Positions 11,335 through 23,101 are shown, counted from the first letter of the whole stretch. The stretch: 63,926 nucleotides of DNA, filler included, from Octopus bimaculoides (GCF_001194135.2; 7 parts of 7 records of this genome joined end to end with filler, not necessarily neighbours in it), one strand, 5' to 3'. Notes: generated by a model not told the origin, from the sequence alone. Numbers and translations: made by a program.

Positions 11335-11930
11335 CAGACTCTTCAATGCCACCATCCTACTTGTGCTCTGGTATGCAAGTGAGACATGAGCTACTACAAA
11401 GAGGGTGGAACATCAATTGGCTACAACACAAAGAGCCATGGAAAGATCCATGCTAGGATTATCACTACACAATGACATTCAAAATGATATAATTTGAGAA
11501 CAGAGCAGAGTGAAATTCAGGCCTTGTGCCTATAGTAGAAAGGATTATTATTATTGTTATTATTATTATTATTATTGAGTGAGAGAGCTAAGATTATCAC
11601 TACATGATTATCACTACACGACATTATTCAAAATGAGATAATTTGAGAACAGAGCAGAGTGAATGATGTGATCGCAGAATACCAAAAGTACAAGTCCCAC
11701 TGGGCTGGACACGTTGCAAGGCACACAGATAACAGGTGGAACCACACATTTACCAAGTGGTATCCAAGAGATCGGAGAAGGTCACTTGGAAAGCTTCCCC
11801 GACAATGAGAAAACAATTTAGTTGAGTGTTTTGGGTTGAGATGGAAAAGAATGATGCAATCAAGACAGAATTGGAACCACATTGTGACCAGCAGTGTACA
11901 ATAGCATCTGATGGCCTTGTCAATATTGTG
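11335..11930 (+). mobile_element. RTE-1-type LINE ORF 3' fragment, interrupted
   Basis: LFNATILLVLWYASET*ATTKRVEHQLATTQRAMERSMLG...EQSRVNDVIAEYQKYKSHWAGHVARHTDNRW. Confidence 0.8.
11515..11588 (+). mobile_element. 5'-truncated SINE-D tail plus (ATT)n inserted in the RTE-1 fragment
   Basis: ATTCAGGCCTTGTGCCTATAGTAGAAAGGATTATT matches the SINE-D tail at 20215-20245. Confidence 0.7.
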
Positions 11931-12281
11931 ATATATGTGTGTGTGCGAGAGAGAGAGAGAGAGAGTATGTTAGTCTCTCCTTATCTTGACACCACATAAT
12001 GGTTATAAATAAATGAGTCACCATCATACACACAGTATCCTACATTTCCAATCTTTAATGATGATATACACACACGCATGCACACATACACACACATATA
12101 TATTATGTCTGTACATAAGTGAATGGTTTATACTGTGTGTGTATATAAATATGTGAGTATTATTATAATAAATGCAAGCAAATCTACACTTATACAATTG
12201 CATGTGTGTGAAAGAGAGAAAGAGAGACAAATTAACAAAGAGAGAGAATGTATGTGTTTTAATATGCACACTTTTGTAAAA

Positions 12282-12320
<39 letters not shown>

Positions 12321-12597
12321 CATATACGTATGCATACCATAGAGCAAAATTGGCAGATNNNNNNNNNNGTATGCATACCATAGAGCAAAATTGGCAGATT
12401 TCATAAGATGAATTGCTGAAGGCTACAGACAAAACCTGTTACTGATACAAGGTCACAGCCAAATGCAACATGATGTGGTGGTGGAACAATACCATAGACA
12501 GTGTTAGGCTTGGAAAGAATTGAAGAGAGGGAGCAGCAGACAAAAATATGAAGTAACTGAATAAGAGAAACTAAACATCAGGTATATATAGTAAAGT

Positions 12598-12850
12598 TTA
12601 GGTAAGGTTTCCTTCTTGAGTTATGTTGATTCATAAGAGCTGGTTTCCTGGTTTCATGGTATATATACTTCTCCACTGGACAGGACATCGGTCCATCACA
12701 GGATTATACATTGTTGCCAACTGAGTGAACTGGAGTAACATGAAATGAAGTGTCTTGCTCAAGAACACAACGCATTGCCTGGTTCAGGAAATGAAGCCAC
12801 AATCTTACAACCATGAGACCAACAGCCTAACCACTAAGCCACACACATCC
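12598..12850 (-). mobile_element. SINE with family-B head and central domain, alternative tail
   Basis: Reverse complement gives GTGGCTTAGTGGTTAGG (A box) and GTTGTGTTCTTGAGCAAGACACTTCATTTCATG..CTCCAGTTCACTCAG, shared with 13821 and 26556. Confidence 0.75.
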
Positions 12851-12924
12851 ACCAGTTATATATAGCAAGATGGGGAAGCAGAAAAGGAGTTTGCGACATG
12901 AGAATTAGAATCATGATGTGCGTC

Positions 12925-13197
12925 CACATTGCTCAGTCATTAGACTGTGGCCATGCTGGGGCATCACCTTGAGTTTTAAGTGAATGAATCAACCCCAGCA
13001 GTTATTCTTTTTAAGCCGGGTACTTATTCTATCGATCTCTTTTCCCAAACTCCCAAATCACAGGGATGTAAACACACATACACTGGTAGGGGACAAACAC
13101 AGACGACACAAAGATAAACACACACATGTATATATATATATATGTATATATATATATAGATATATATATATACATATATATACACACATATACATAC

Positions 13198-13238
<41 letters not shown>

Positions 13239-13273
13239 NNNNNNNNNNNNNNNNNNTACATACTTACAGATAT

Positions 13274-13342
<69 letters not shown>

Positions 13343-13522
13343 GTGTATATATATATATGACAGGCTACTTTCGGTTTCTGTCTACTAAATCCACTCACAA
13401 GGCTTTGGACAGCCCGAGACTACAGTAGGAGATACTTGCCCAAGGTGCCATGCAGTGGGATTGAACTCCGAACCATGTGTTTGGGAGGCAAGCTTCTTAC
13501 CACACAGCCATGCCTGTGCATA
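12925..13522 (-). mobile_element. SINE family A with expanded internal microsatellite
   Basis: Head at 13350-13522 and tail at 12925-13110 match 15158-15570. Confidence 0.85.
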
Positions 13523-13534
13523 CTAGAGAAAATT

Positions 13535-15135
13535 TAGAGGTCGTTAGGGAGAAATGTATACAAGATGATAGTGACACACATGCTCTTACTGATGTTGATA
13601 AGAAAGTGTTACTATGGCAAGCTGCCAAATGTGGAGAATGCATGAGAAGAGAGAGACCAGCCATCCAAACTGACAACAGTATGATAGGTGGCACAATGAG
13701 GGAAACAGAAGTAGAGAGAGTAGCTGAACAACCAGGAGAGTCACTAAGATACTTAAAATATCTAGCAAAGTATGGTACAAGAGAGTCACATGAATAGTAA
13801 ATCAGGTAATGCAGGAAGGTGTATGGCTTGGTGGTTAGAGCATCAAAATCACAATCATGAAGTAGTGAGTTTGATTACCAGACAAGGCTGTGTGTTGTAT
13901 TCTTGAGCAAGACACTTTATTTCATGCTACTCCAGTTCACTCAGCTGTAGAAATGAATTGCAACATCACTGGTGCCAAACTGTATTGGCCTTTTCCTTTC
14001 CCTTGGATAACATTGATGGTGTGGGGAAGGGAGGTCGGTATGCATGGGTGACTGCTGGTCTTCCATAAACAACTTTGCCTATATTTGTACCTTGGAGAGG
14101 AAATTTCTAGGTGCAATTCCATGGTCATTCATGACCAAATGGGGTCTTTACCCTTTTAATACAGGAAGGTACCTTAGTCTATACTGGCACTGTGATACCA
14201 CTGCAAACCACTACAAGGGGAAAGGAAATGCACTAGAGAGAGGTAATTACAGAAGTGTTAAACTGCTAGTCCAGGTTATGAAGGTTACACAAAGTGCTGT
14301 TGCAAAATAACACTTTATGTAACCATCACAGCCTGGATGAGATGCAGTACAACTTTGTCTCAGGAAAAGTTACCACTGATGCCATATTCCTAATGAAATA
14401 ATTGCAAAAGAAGTACATAACTAGGAGTAAACCCTTACACCTAGCATCCATCAATCTGGAAAAAGCCTTTGATTGAGTCCCTGGCTCTGTGATCTAGTTG
14501 TCACTAAGGAAATTAGGAGTAGAGGAATGGCTTGTGAGGGCTGTACAAACCATGTACAGCGGTTCAGTCAGCAAGGTGAGAGGCAGAGGTGATGAATTCA
14601 GTGTGCAGGTAGAGATTCATTAATGCTCAGATTTCAGTCCGCTTTTGTTTATCATAATTTACAAGTGATAGGAATTTGAGACTGGTTGCTATTGGGGATT
14701 TCTGTATATTGATGACTTTATTACAGAATCTGAAGAAAACTTGAAACAAAAATTCCAGGCTTGGAAGTAAAACCTGGAATTGAAAGGTCTAAAAGTAAAC
14801 TTAATGTGAAGTTTTAGGAAGGACCCTTATAGCATCAGGGAAATGGCTGTGTTCCATTTGTAGAAAAGGAGTCAGTAGACATTCCATAAGATGAACCCAG
14901 AAAACAACGGACAGAAAAGATGTAGTGGGATCATAGAAAGGCTAACAGAGAATGTAGATTACATAAGTAGCAGGTACATTGGGGAAATAAGTACTAAGGG
15001 TGCTTGAGAGATAAATTCTCTCAGATACCCAGATAACTATCTCGAAGTAATTGACAGCAGTGAGATATGGTGTTTCAAAAGCATAGTAGCCAGAATTCAA
15101 ACAGGCTGGAATAAGTTCAAGGAGACATTACCTCT
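13535..15135 (+). mobile_element. Old RTE LINE fragment (RT domain), split by a SINE
   Basis: VVREKCIQDD..., YKGKGNALERGNYRSVKLL, LDEMQYNFVSGKVTTDAIF, NLEKAFD*VP, LRKLGVEEWLVRAVQTMY, LYIDD. Same family as 17533-19124 but much more decayed. Confidence 0.85.
13821..14156 (+). mobile_element. SINE family B with 14-bp TSD
   Basis: Homologous to 26556-26893. Flanked by TAATGCAGGAAGGT (13807-13820) and TAATACAGGAAGGT (14157-14170). Confidence 0.85.
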
Positions 15136-15157
15136 ACATTTACAACATCAATGATCA

Positions 15158-15570
15158 TAGGTGTAGGAGTGGTTGTATGGTAAGTAGCTTGCTTACTAAT
15201 CACATGGTTCTGGGTTCAGTCCCATTGCGTGGCACCTTGGGCAAGTGTCTTCTACTATAGCCTCGGGCCGACCAAAACCATGTGAGTGGATTTGATAGAT
15301 GGAAACTGAAAGAAGCCCATCGTATATATGTATATATATATGTGTATGTGTGTGTGCGTATGTTTGTGTGTCTGTGTTTGACCCCCAACATCGCTTGACA
15401 ACCGATGCTGGTGTGTTTACGTCCCCGTAATTAGTGGTTTGGCAAAAGAGACCGATAGAATAAGTACTAGGCTTCAAAGAATAAGTCCTGGGGTCGATTT
15501 GCTCGACTATAGGTGGTGCTCCAGCATGGCCACAGTCAAATGACTGAAACAAGTAAAAGAGTAAAAGAGA
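15158..15570 (+). mobile_element. SINE family A, full length (tRNA-derived)
   Basis: A-box-like TGGTTGTATGG, B-box-like GGTTCAGTCCC, core GGCACCTTGGGCAAGTGTCTT, internal (AT)/(GT) repeat, tail GACTGAAACAAGTAAAAGAGTAAAAGAG. Confidence 0.9.
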
Positions 15571-16489
15571 GAAAGAGTATGTGCTCCACTTACATTTTAT
15601 GCTGCCAAACACAAGAGTACTCAGGCCAGCAACAGCAAATTAATACAAAATTAATACAAAATCTGCAAGCTAAAGCTGCTAGGAATGAAGCTCACAGAAA
15701 ACTTGAGACTAACAGTGAAACTGACACATGAATTTCTAGAAAATGGTGGGTGATGTGAACATTTTGTGGGTGACAAAGAATTTTTAGAAATTAATTCTGC
15801 ATTTGCTTATAACAAGGCATGCCTAAGATAAGGATGCACTTTTATCGATTTGACTACTTGCATAAGATGTCCCTTTGTATTAAATAAGTGGACATGTTTA
15901 TCGATTAAATAGTTTTCTTGCACAGTCATTGAAATGGTTGTCATATGTGCTAAAAATAGCAGCCTTAAATCACGCTCCACCACAAATTTTTTTCTTTTTT
16001 GCATAATCGTATGAAGTCCCGCATGTAGAAAACAAATTTGCAAAAATTTTCTGAAAACTCTGGAAAATAAAAAAGTTATGAGGAGTTATATGTTGTGTGT
16101 AATTCTATAGTTTCATGTCAAAACACAATTGCTATTTTCAGGATGTTAACACAATGTGCAATCACATACAAAATGACAGCTTTGAAATCGTGTTTCTTGA
16201 CTGGGTGAAAATGACCAAACTTTAAATCTCTATAACTTTTTAAAAATATTTTTCAGGAAAAAATTGAATAACTCTAGCAATTTATCTTGGAAAGGTATAT
16301 TAATGTGACAAATTTTAAAATTTTTGATAAACTTCAACTTTTGAATTGCTTGCAGCCAAACAAACTAGATCCATATTTGCTCCAGTAAAGATGTCATCTG
16401 ACTCTGCTCTGTCAACTTCTTCTCTTTGAGAATACCATACTGCCTTTCTGACGCCATCTGTAGAAATTCATTTTCACATTTTCACTTTA

Positions 16490-17325
16490 CTGATGCCTCC
16501 AGTCAAGAAAATTTGTCGACAGTGCAGTAATGATTATTTTTTGTTTGGATTTATTCCTTCTCCTCAGAACTATCAGTTACCAATGTGCCTTCTTTGCCAT
16601 CAAACATTGACCAACAAAGCAATGAAACCTTCAAGCTTGATGTATCACTTTGATGCAAGCATTCTGAGAAGGGCAAGCTGTTGTTATACTTTTTGCAATT
16701 GAGCTCCTCTTTCAAAAAGCAAACACAAACATTCAGCATACTACTCCAGGAAACTAGTCAGCAGGAAAATGATGGGTTGATTGCATGGTACAACAATGCA
16801 TTGATTGTTGCTAAGTCTGAGAAGTCTCACACTATTGGAGAAACATTACTTTGCCCAGTTATAGAAGAGGTTTTGTCAACTGTTATGCATGAAAACCGGA
16901 TAACATTATGAAGAAGATCCCACTTAGTAATATCATGATTTCTCAACGCATCAATGAAATGGCCATCAATGTCAAACATCAGCTCATTAATATTCTCCAG
17001 CATTCTGAATTTTCTATACAAGTGGATGAATCAATTGTTGTGGACAATCAATGTTTGATGATAGTATACATTCGGCATTTCAGCAAAAACTTTCAGCCTT
17101 ATGAAGAAATGCTATTCAGAGAAATTGTCACATGATTCAAAGGGTGCAACTATTTTTCACATTCTCAAGTCTTTCCTTTTTAGACATAATATCAAACTCA
17201 GTAATATTCTTGTCTGTGCATCTAATGAAGCTCCTTCGATGATAGGAGATACAGAGGGTTTTCATCTCTCCTAAAGTGTGAAATTTCATACTAGATACTA
17301 ACTGTTCATTGCTTGGCACACCAGC
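16490..17325 (+). pseudogene. hAT (Charlie/Buster, ZBED5/FAM200-like) transposase remnant
   Basis: KKICRQ..DYFLFGF...PMCLLC..TLTNKAMKPSSL (BED-type finger), KSHTIGETL, IPLSN.MISQRINEMA, FSIQVDES, EEMLF. Confidence 0.8.
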
Positions 17326-17551
17326 AGTCCATGTTGGCTTGGCGATAACTATTAATATCCAGTACCGCTGCCGTAGTCTCTTTTAGAGAGACTTACAAAT
17401 GTTAATATTTCTATTTTTGAAAAACCAGTGGATGTATTCCACTGAATTTAGGTAAATAATCCTTCGTATAGAAGGTCAGTAGCGATGCCTGCTGGGTTCA
17501 GCTGCTCTACATTCATAAGAGGCAACACCCTGAAACTAGTCTGAATGGTTA

Positions 17552-18373
17552 GTGAGAGCTGTGCGAGCCATGTACAGAGATGCTGTCAGTAAGGTGAGGG
17601 TTGGCAATGAGTACAGTGAAGAATTCTGGGTAGAGGTAGAGGTCCACCAAGGTTCAGTCCTTGGCCCCCTCCTATTTATCATAGTCCTCCAGGCAATAAC
17701 ACAGGAATTCAAGACAGGATGCCCCTGGGAGCTCCTCTATGCTGATGACATCGCCATAATTGCTGAGTCACTATCAGAACTAGAGGAGAAGTTTCAGGTG
17801 TGGAAGCAAGGATTAGAATCGAAGGGCCTTAGAGTCACCCTAGCTAAAACCAAAGTCCTAATAAGTAGGAAGGTAGACAAACCACAAACCCCTTCAGATA
17901 GATGGCCCTGCTCGATCTGTAGAAAAGTCGTAGGTAGAAACTTTGTAAGATGTACCCAGTGTAAGCTATGGACACATAAGAGGTGCAGCAATATCAAAGG
18001 AAGGCTAACTAGCAAGATAGTTTTTGTATGTGGCAGATGCTCAGGAGCAATAAACACTGAAAATGTGCAGAGAACAACTTCTGCCACATTCCAGGGAGAA
18101 AAACTAGAAGTAGTTGATAGCTTCCGTTACCTAGGTGACCAAGTCAGTAGCAGGGAAGAGTGCGCTGAAAGTGTAGCTGCTAAAATAAGAATAGCCTGGG
18201 CAAAGTTCAGAGAGCTCTTACTTCTGTTGGTGACAAAGGGCCTCTCATTCAAAGTAAAAGGCAGACTATATGAGGCATGTGTACGAACAGCCATGCTACA
18301 TGGCAGTGAAACATGGGCCGTGACTGCTGAGGATATGTGTAAGCTCACAAGAAATGAAGCCAGTATGCTCTGA
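17552..18373 (+). pseudogene. RTE reverse transcriptase with embedded PHD-like finger
   Basis: HQGSVLGPLLF, LLYADD, KTKVL, CSIC-x10-CTQC-x4-H-x2-C-x14-CGRC, FRYLG, RIAWAKFREL, AMLHGSETW. Confidence 0.9.
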
Positions 18374-18754
18374 TGGATGTGTAATGTCAGTATGCATACT
18401 CGACAGAATGTACGTACCTTGGGAGAACAGTTGGACCTAAGAAGCATTAGTTGTGGTGTGCAAGAGAGACAATTGCGCTGGTATGGTCATGTGGCAAGAA
18501 TAGATGAGGATAGCTGTGTGAAAAAGTGCCACACCCTAGCGGCTGAGGGAACCTGTGGAAGAGGTAGACCCAGGAAGACCTGGGATGAGGTGGTGAAGTA
18601 CGACCTTCAAACTTTAGGCCTCACTGAAGCAATGACTAGTGACTGAGACCTTTGGAAATATGCTGTGCGTGAGAAGACTCGGCAAGCCAAGTGAGACCAT
18701 AATCTGTGGCCTTTGTCAGGGATGTAGCCAGCCCACTTATGCATACCTTTCCGT

Positions 18755-19097
18755 CATTGGACACTAAACTCCGCTTGCGAAGACCTGTTAAGGCAAGTGA
18801 AATAGAAATTGAACCAAATTCGATGACTGGCACCCATGCCAACCTCTCCTACATTGGACACTAAACTCGGCTTGCGAAGACCTGTTGGGGCAAGTGAAAT
18901 CGAAATCGTAATTGAACCAAATTCAATGACTGGCACCCATGCCAGTGGAGTGCTAACAGCACTGTCTGAGCGTGATCATTGCCAGAGCAGCTGTCTGGCT
19001 TCTGTGCCAGTGGCATGTAAATAGCACCATTTGAGCGTGATCATTACCAGCGTCAGCTTACTGGGACTTGTGCTGGTGGCATGTAAAAGCACCCATT
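18755..19097 (+). repeat. Two tandem duplications in the RTE 3' UTR (97-bp and 65-bp periods)
   Basis: CATTGGACACTAAACTC at 18755 and 18852; TGAGCGTGATCATT at 18967 and 19032. Confidence 0.9.
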
Positions 19098-19124
19098 ACG
19101 CTCTCGGAGTGGTTGGCATTAGGA

Positions 19125-19224
19125 NNNNNNNNNNNNNNNNNNNNNNNNNNNNNNNNNNNNNNNNNNNNTTAATTAATTAANNNNNNNNNNNNNNNNNNNN
19201 NNNNNNNNNNNNNNNNNNNNNNNN
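19125..19224. other. Assembly spacer N44-TTAATTAATTAA-N44 (also near 47185, 55630, 57971, 60211, 62375)
   Basis: The same 12-mer, giving stops in all six frames, is centred in a 100-nt gap six times. Confidence 0.95.
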
Positions 19225-19480
19225 TTTGTAAGCCCTTTCGTTCAAATAATTCATTCCTTAGAGATGAAATTTTTATCCTTAAACACAAGGTTTTTCTTTT
19301 TATCACGTCATAAACTATGCTCCAAAATCATGAATTTCACACTATAAGAATGCCCCCATATTTAAATGACTTTCAAATATTTTCTCAAAAATTTTAGTAT
19401 AATTTTAAGGAAATGCTCTAACATAATGTTTAGTTTAAGTTTTATAACTACTTAACTCATAATATTAAATAACAGCAATA

Positions 19481-19702
19481 ATATTGGTTTCAGAATTTTG
19501 CACAAGGCCAGCAATTTCGGGGGGGGGGGCTAAGTCGATTAAATCAACACATGTCCTCAAATGGTACTTATTTTTTTCGAACCCAGGGGGATAAAAGGAA
19601 AAGTTGACCTCAGCGGAATTTCAACTAAGAACGTTAAGACGAACGCAATGCCATAAATATTTTTGCTTAGTGTGCCAAAGATTTTCCCAGCACGTTGCCT
19701 TA
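19481..19702 (-). mobile_element. SINE family D, diverged
   Basis: Reverse complement of the D body with the GGCCTTGTGC..AAATT.TGAAACCAATA tail. Confidence 0.7.
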
Positions 19703-19781
19703 ATAACAATAACAATAATGGAAACAAGAATGCTGTGACGTAGTCTACAACATGTTTCCTTCAGCATATATCCTATGACTA

Positions 19782-20245
19782 AGGCAGCGAGCTGCCAGAA
19801 AACTTAGCACGCCGGGCGAAATGCTTGGCAGTATTTCGTCTGCCGCTACGTTCTGTGTTCAAATTCAAAGTCTGTGTTCTGTGTTCAAATTCAAAGTCGC
19901 CGAGGTCGACTTTTCCCTTCATCCTTTCGAGGTCGATAAATTAAGTACCGGTTACATACTGGGGTCTATTTAATCTACTTAATCCCTTTGTGTGTCCCTG
20001 TTTGTCCCCTCTATATTTAGCCCCTTGTGGGCAATAAAAAAATAAGAAACGTTAGCACGCCGGGCGAAATGCTTAACGGTATTTCGTCTTTCTTTACGTT
20101 CTGAGTTTAAACTCTGCCGAGGCCGACTTTGCCTTTCCTCCTTTCGGGGACGATAAAGTAAGTATCATTTGCGTACTGGTGTCGAGTTAATCGACTGGCC
20201 CTCTCCCCCAAAATTTCAGGCCTTGTGCCTAGAGTAGAAAAGAAT
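19782..20245 (+). mobile_element. SINE family D, dimeric copy
   Basis: Two monomers starting AAAC(T/G)TTAGCACGCCGGGCGAAATGCTT (19800 and 20048). The first has a tandemly duplicated B-box region TTCTGTGTTCAAATTCAAAGTC. Confidence 0.85.
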
Positions 20246-20887
20246 ATATATCCTATAACTATTTATTCAATATAACCTACTTAGAACATATTTCTTTCCG
20301 AAATAAGTTAATGACGAAATAGCTTTGATTTGATTGATGCGTAAAAAAAAAAAGAAAGTTAGATTTAATTTGTAAGATGGCTGTGCCAGCACGACTTGGA
20401 GAGTTATTCAACCAATAATTACATTTGCGGTATAAAATGTATTATATTATCTTCTAAGAATAGTACAATATCACCACTATTAGAGTAACGGTCTAGATAT
20501 ATTACATCACTTCGTTTGAGGTTCTGCCAGACTATTTTATTTATCTGCAGTCGACAATGTAAGTATCTTGACGTCACTATTTTTTATTGCTTTATCTAAA
20601 CTTATTGCTAATAAATATTTTACCTTTGGCTTGATATGCTGCTGTCAGTCTTTGATAGGAATACCATCAAGATACAGCTTGTTCTTTTATTAACATCAAA
20701 TGAGAAATTCAGTTGTATATGAGCATGCGATTCATGAATAAGTCCTGAGAAATATAATACGTCGAATTGAATTCCGGATTTCCTACAAAATATGGATTCC
20801 TTTATATAGTCATACTTGCTTCCATTGCTGTATAATATAAAGTTTAAAATTGAACTAAAAGATTATATTTCGAATCAAGAAAACATT

Positions 20888-21070
20888 GATATTGGTTTCA
20901 AATTTTGGCACAAGGCCAGCAGTACGTGTTTGCGCATGTGGGTAGGTGGGGATAAGTTGATTATATCGATCCCAGTTTTCAACTGGTACTCATTTGATCG
21001 ACACCGTAAGGATAAAAAGCAAAGTCGACCCCGGTTGAATCTGAACTCAGAGCGTAAAGACAGACGAAAT
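20888..21070 (-). mobile_element. SINE family D, partial
   Basis: ATTGGTTTCAAATTTTGGCACAAGGCC...AAAGTCGACC...TGAACTCAGAGCGTAAAGACAGACGAAATA. Confidence 0.75.
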
Positions 21071-21842
21071 AGATAATCATAAATATTAATGTTTCAAATA
21101 CATGCTAATTGATTTCACCTAATTGATTTGTATACATGATTTGTAAACAACATCTATTTCATTTCCTACTTAATGATTTATTAACATTTTGATTAAGTGA
21201 AATTTTTCCAAACAATACATTAATAAGGAATTAGAGCATACCTTTCTACATTTACGTTGACCAAAGTAAAAATATAAAATATATAGTACAATGTTACAGG
21301 CAACAATAATTATAAAATGTTCCTTCCATTTGTAGAATGCATAAAATTTCTCTCTTAGTCACAAAACATAATGCTACGCACTCAAAATCAAACACAAGTC
21401 AGTGTTACATGTGAAAATTAAGCTATATAACCTGCATGTGCAAAATATTTTGCTTTTCTATTTTACTGTTTGTATTGCATTGTGTAGTACAAGAAATGCA
21501 CATATTTATTTGAATAATGATAGGAAAGTGAGTAACTGCAATGTAGTCTACAATCTATTTCCTACCAGTTAAGTTCATTGAGAAATATATTGTTTTGACT
21601 TTCCCGAAATTTAACAAAATGTTTTCTGTTTACTTTGTACATTCCTCTGTGCCAACAAGTTTCTGAGAGTTACTCACCAGTTAAATATTTGCCGTCCAAC
21701 TCACATGATATGTCTTGCTAATCTGTTAAGTAATGGGTTACGTGCATTACATACTGTAGTTTAACTCCTTTCCTTTATATATTGACATTCTACTACACGA
21801 TTCAATAATGTAAATAAAACTCAGTTGCTGATTGTTATTATT

Positions 21843-22035
21843 CAGGTGTGGCCGAGTAGTTTGCATCCCAACCTCATAGCTCCAGGTTCAATCCCACTCA
21901 GTGGCAACTTTGGCATATGTCTTCTACTATAGGTCTCGGTTCGGCCAAAAACTTCTGAATGGATCTGGTGGATGGAAGCTTAAAGAAGACCGTCGTTGAT
22001 GTGTGTGTGTGTGTATGTGTGAGTGTGTGTGTGTT
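21843..22035 (+). mobile_element. SINE family A, 5' half, degenerate
   Basis: AGGTTCAATCCCAC...TGTCTTCTACTATAG...AAAGAAGACCGTCG followed by (TG)n. Confidence 0.65.
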
Positions 22036-22139
22036 CAATTTACAAGGAAAGATCCAGAGGAACAGTTATAATGTAGCCAACTGTCACATAAGCGCCTAAG
22101 GAATTAGTAATCACACTTGAGCAGGTGTTAATTCTGAGG

Positions 22140-23100
22140 AGAAGTAAGACGTGTCTGGAGAACATCTCCTTTACCTCCAAAATATTTCTAATAAAGAATT
22201 GCGAAATGTTAAACATAATCTTAAATTCTTTAGTAATATGGGCCTAAATATTACCTTTGATGATGATAGATCAAAGGTTAATTGCCTTGATCTTACATTC
22301 AACTTAAATACATCTTTATATTTCTCATACCATAAACCTTCAACCAATCTAAAATATATCAGCAGTTTTAGCAATCAACCTACTAATATAACAAAAAATT
22401 TGGCTAAAAAACATATCGCTTAGAATCTCTAAATTATCCGCCAGTATTAACGTTTCCATTATTATTATTAACGCTGATTTCTATAATTTATCCTTATATC
22501 AGGCAGGATTTAAGGAGCAAATTAAGTATTATAACCCTCTTGATCCTGTTTCAACCTCTCATAATCTGTTTGATAGTAGTTATACTACTAATAATAATGA
22601 TAATACTCATAATGTTTCTCCCATAGGTAATAATCCAAATGATAACCCCTAATATCGGAATAGCCAAAAACCTAATTTTGGAAAATTTAAAAAATAGACA
22701 GTCTAAGGGAAGTAACTATACTTCCCCACTTTTTCTGGAAAAATAAAAAAAAGCTTCAAGTTTTTTACTGAGAAATCTCACTATGAATCGCATGAACCTA
22801 GTAAAACTATTTGGTTTCTTATTCCATACGGAAAAGAAAGTTAAAAGCAACCTTCCATGCCAATATCTTCAAGTCATCGAAAGGAACTTTCCCCAAAATT
22901 CTCAACGCACACCATATCCAAATTCATTTCTCCAACACCAATAACCTCCTACAAATTATTTCCTCGCATAACACCTATGTTCTTAACGCTAAAAGGGTTT
23001 CGCTTAATAACTGTACTAACAACAATAATAATAATGATAGTGTCTCCTTAAATAATAGTACCCATAGTTATAATCCTTGTAATTGTGGTCCGAATAAAAC
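22140..23100 (+). mobile_element. Penelope-like element, RT C-terminal and linker remnant
   Basis: FFSNMGLNITF...VNCLDLTFNLNT..YFSYHKPS..LKYISSFSNQP, then FPKILN...IHFSNTNNLLQIISSHN and a CNC motif. Confidence 0.75.
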
Positions 23101-23101
23101 T

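Larger units (their letters stand above)
17533..19124 (+). mobile_element. Relatively young 5'-truncated RTE LINE (RT C-terminal half plus 3' UTR)
   Basis: Begins at EWLVRAV. ORFs 17552-18373 and 18377-18646 are collinear and broken by single TGA codons in CGA (Arg)-like positions. The 3' UTR runs into a gap. Confidence 0.95.

Noticed and set aside
12329-12398. 30-bp direct repeat flanking a 10-N gap (similar case at 35338-35450)
   Set aside because: Identical sequence on both sides of a tiny gap indicates unmerged overlapping contig ends.
18755-19097. CRISPR-like repeat-spacer pattern
   Set aside because: Only two diverged units per repeat, no unique spacers, eukaryotic LINE 3' UTR context.
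19169-19180. TTAATTAATTAA recurring six times at the centre of N-runs
   Set aside because: Always N44 + 12-mer + N44 = 100 nt, with stops in all six frames: a scaffolding spacer, not biology.
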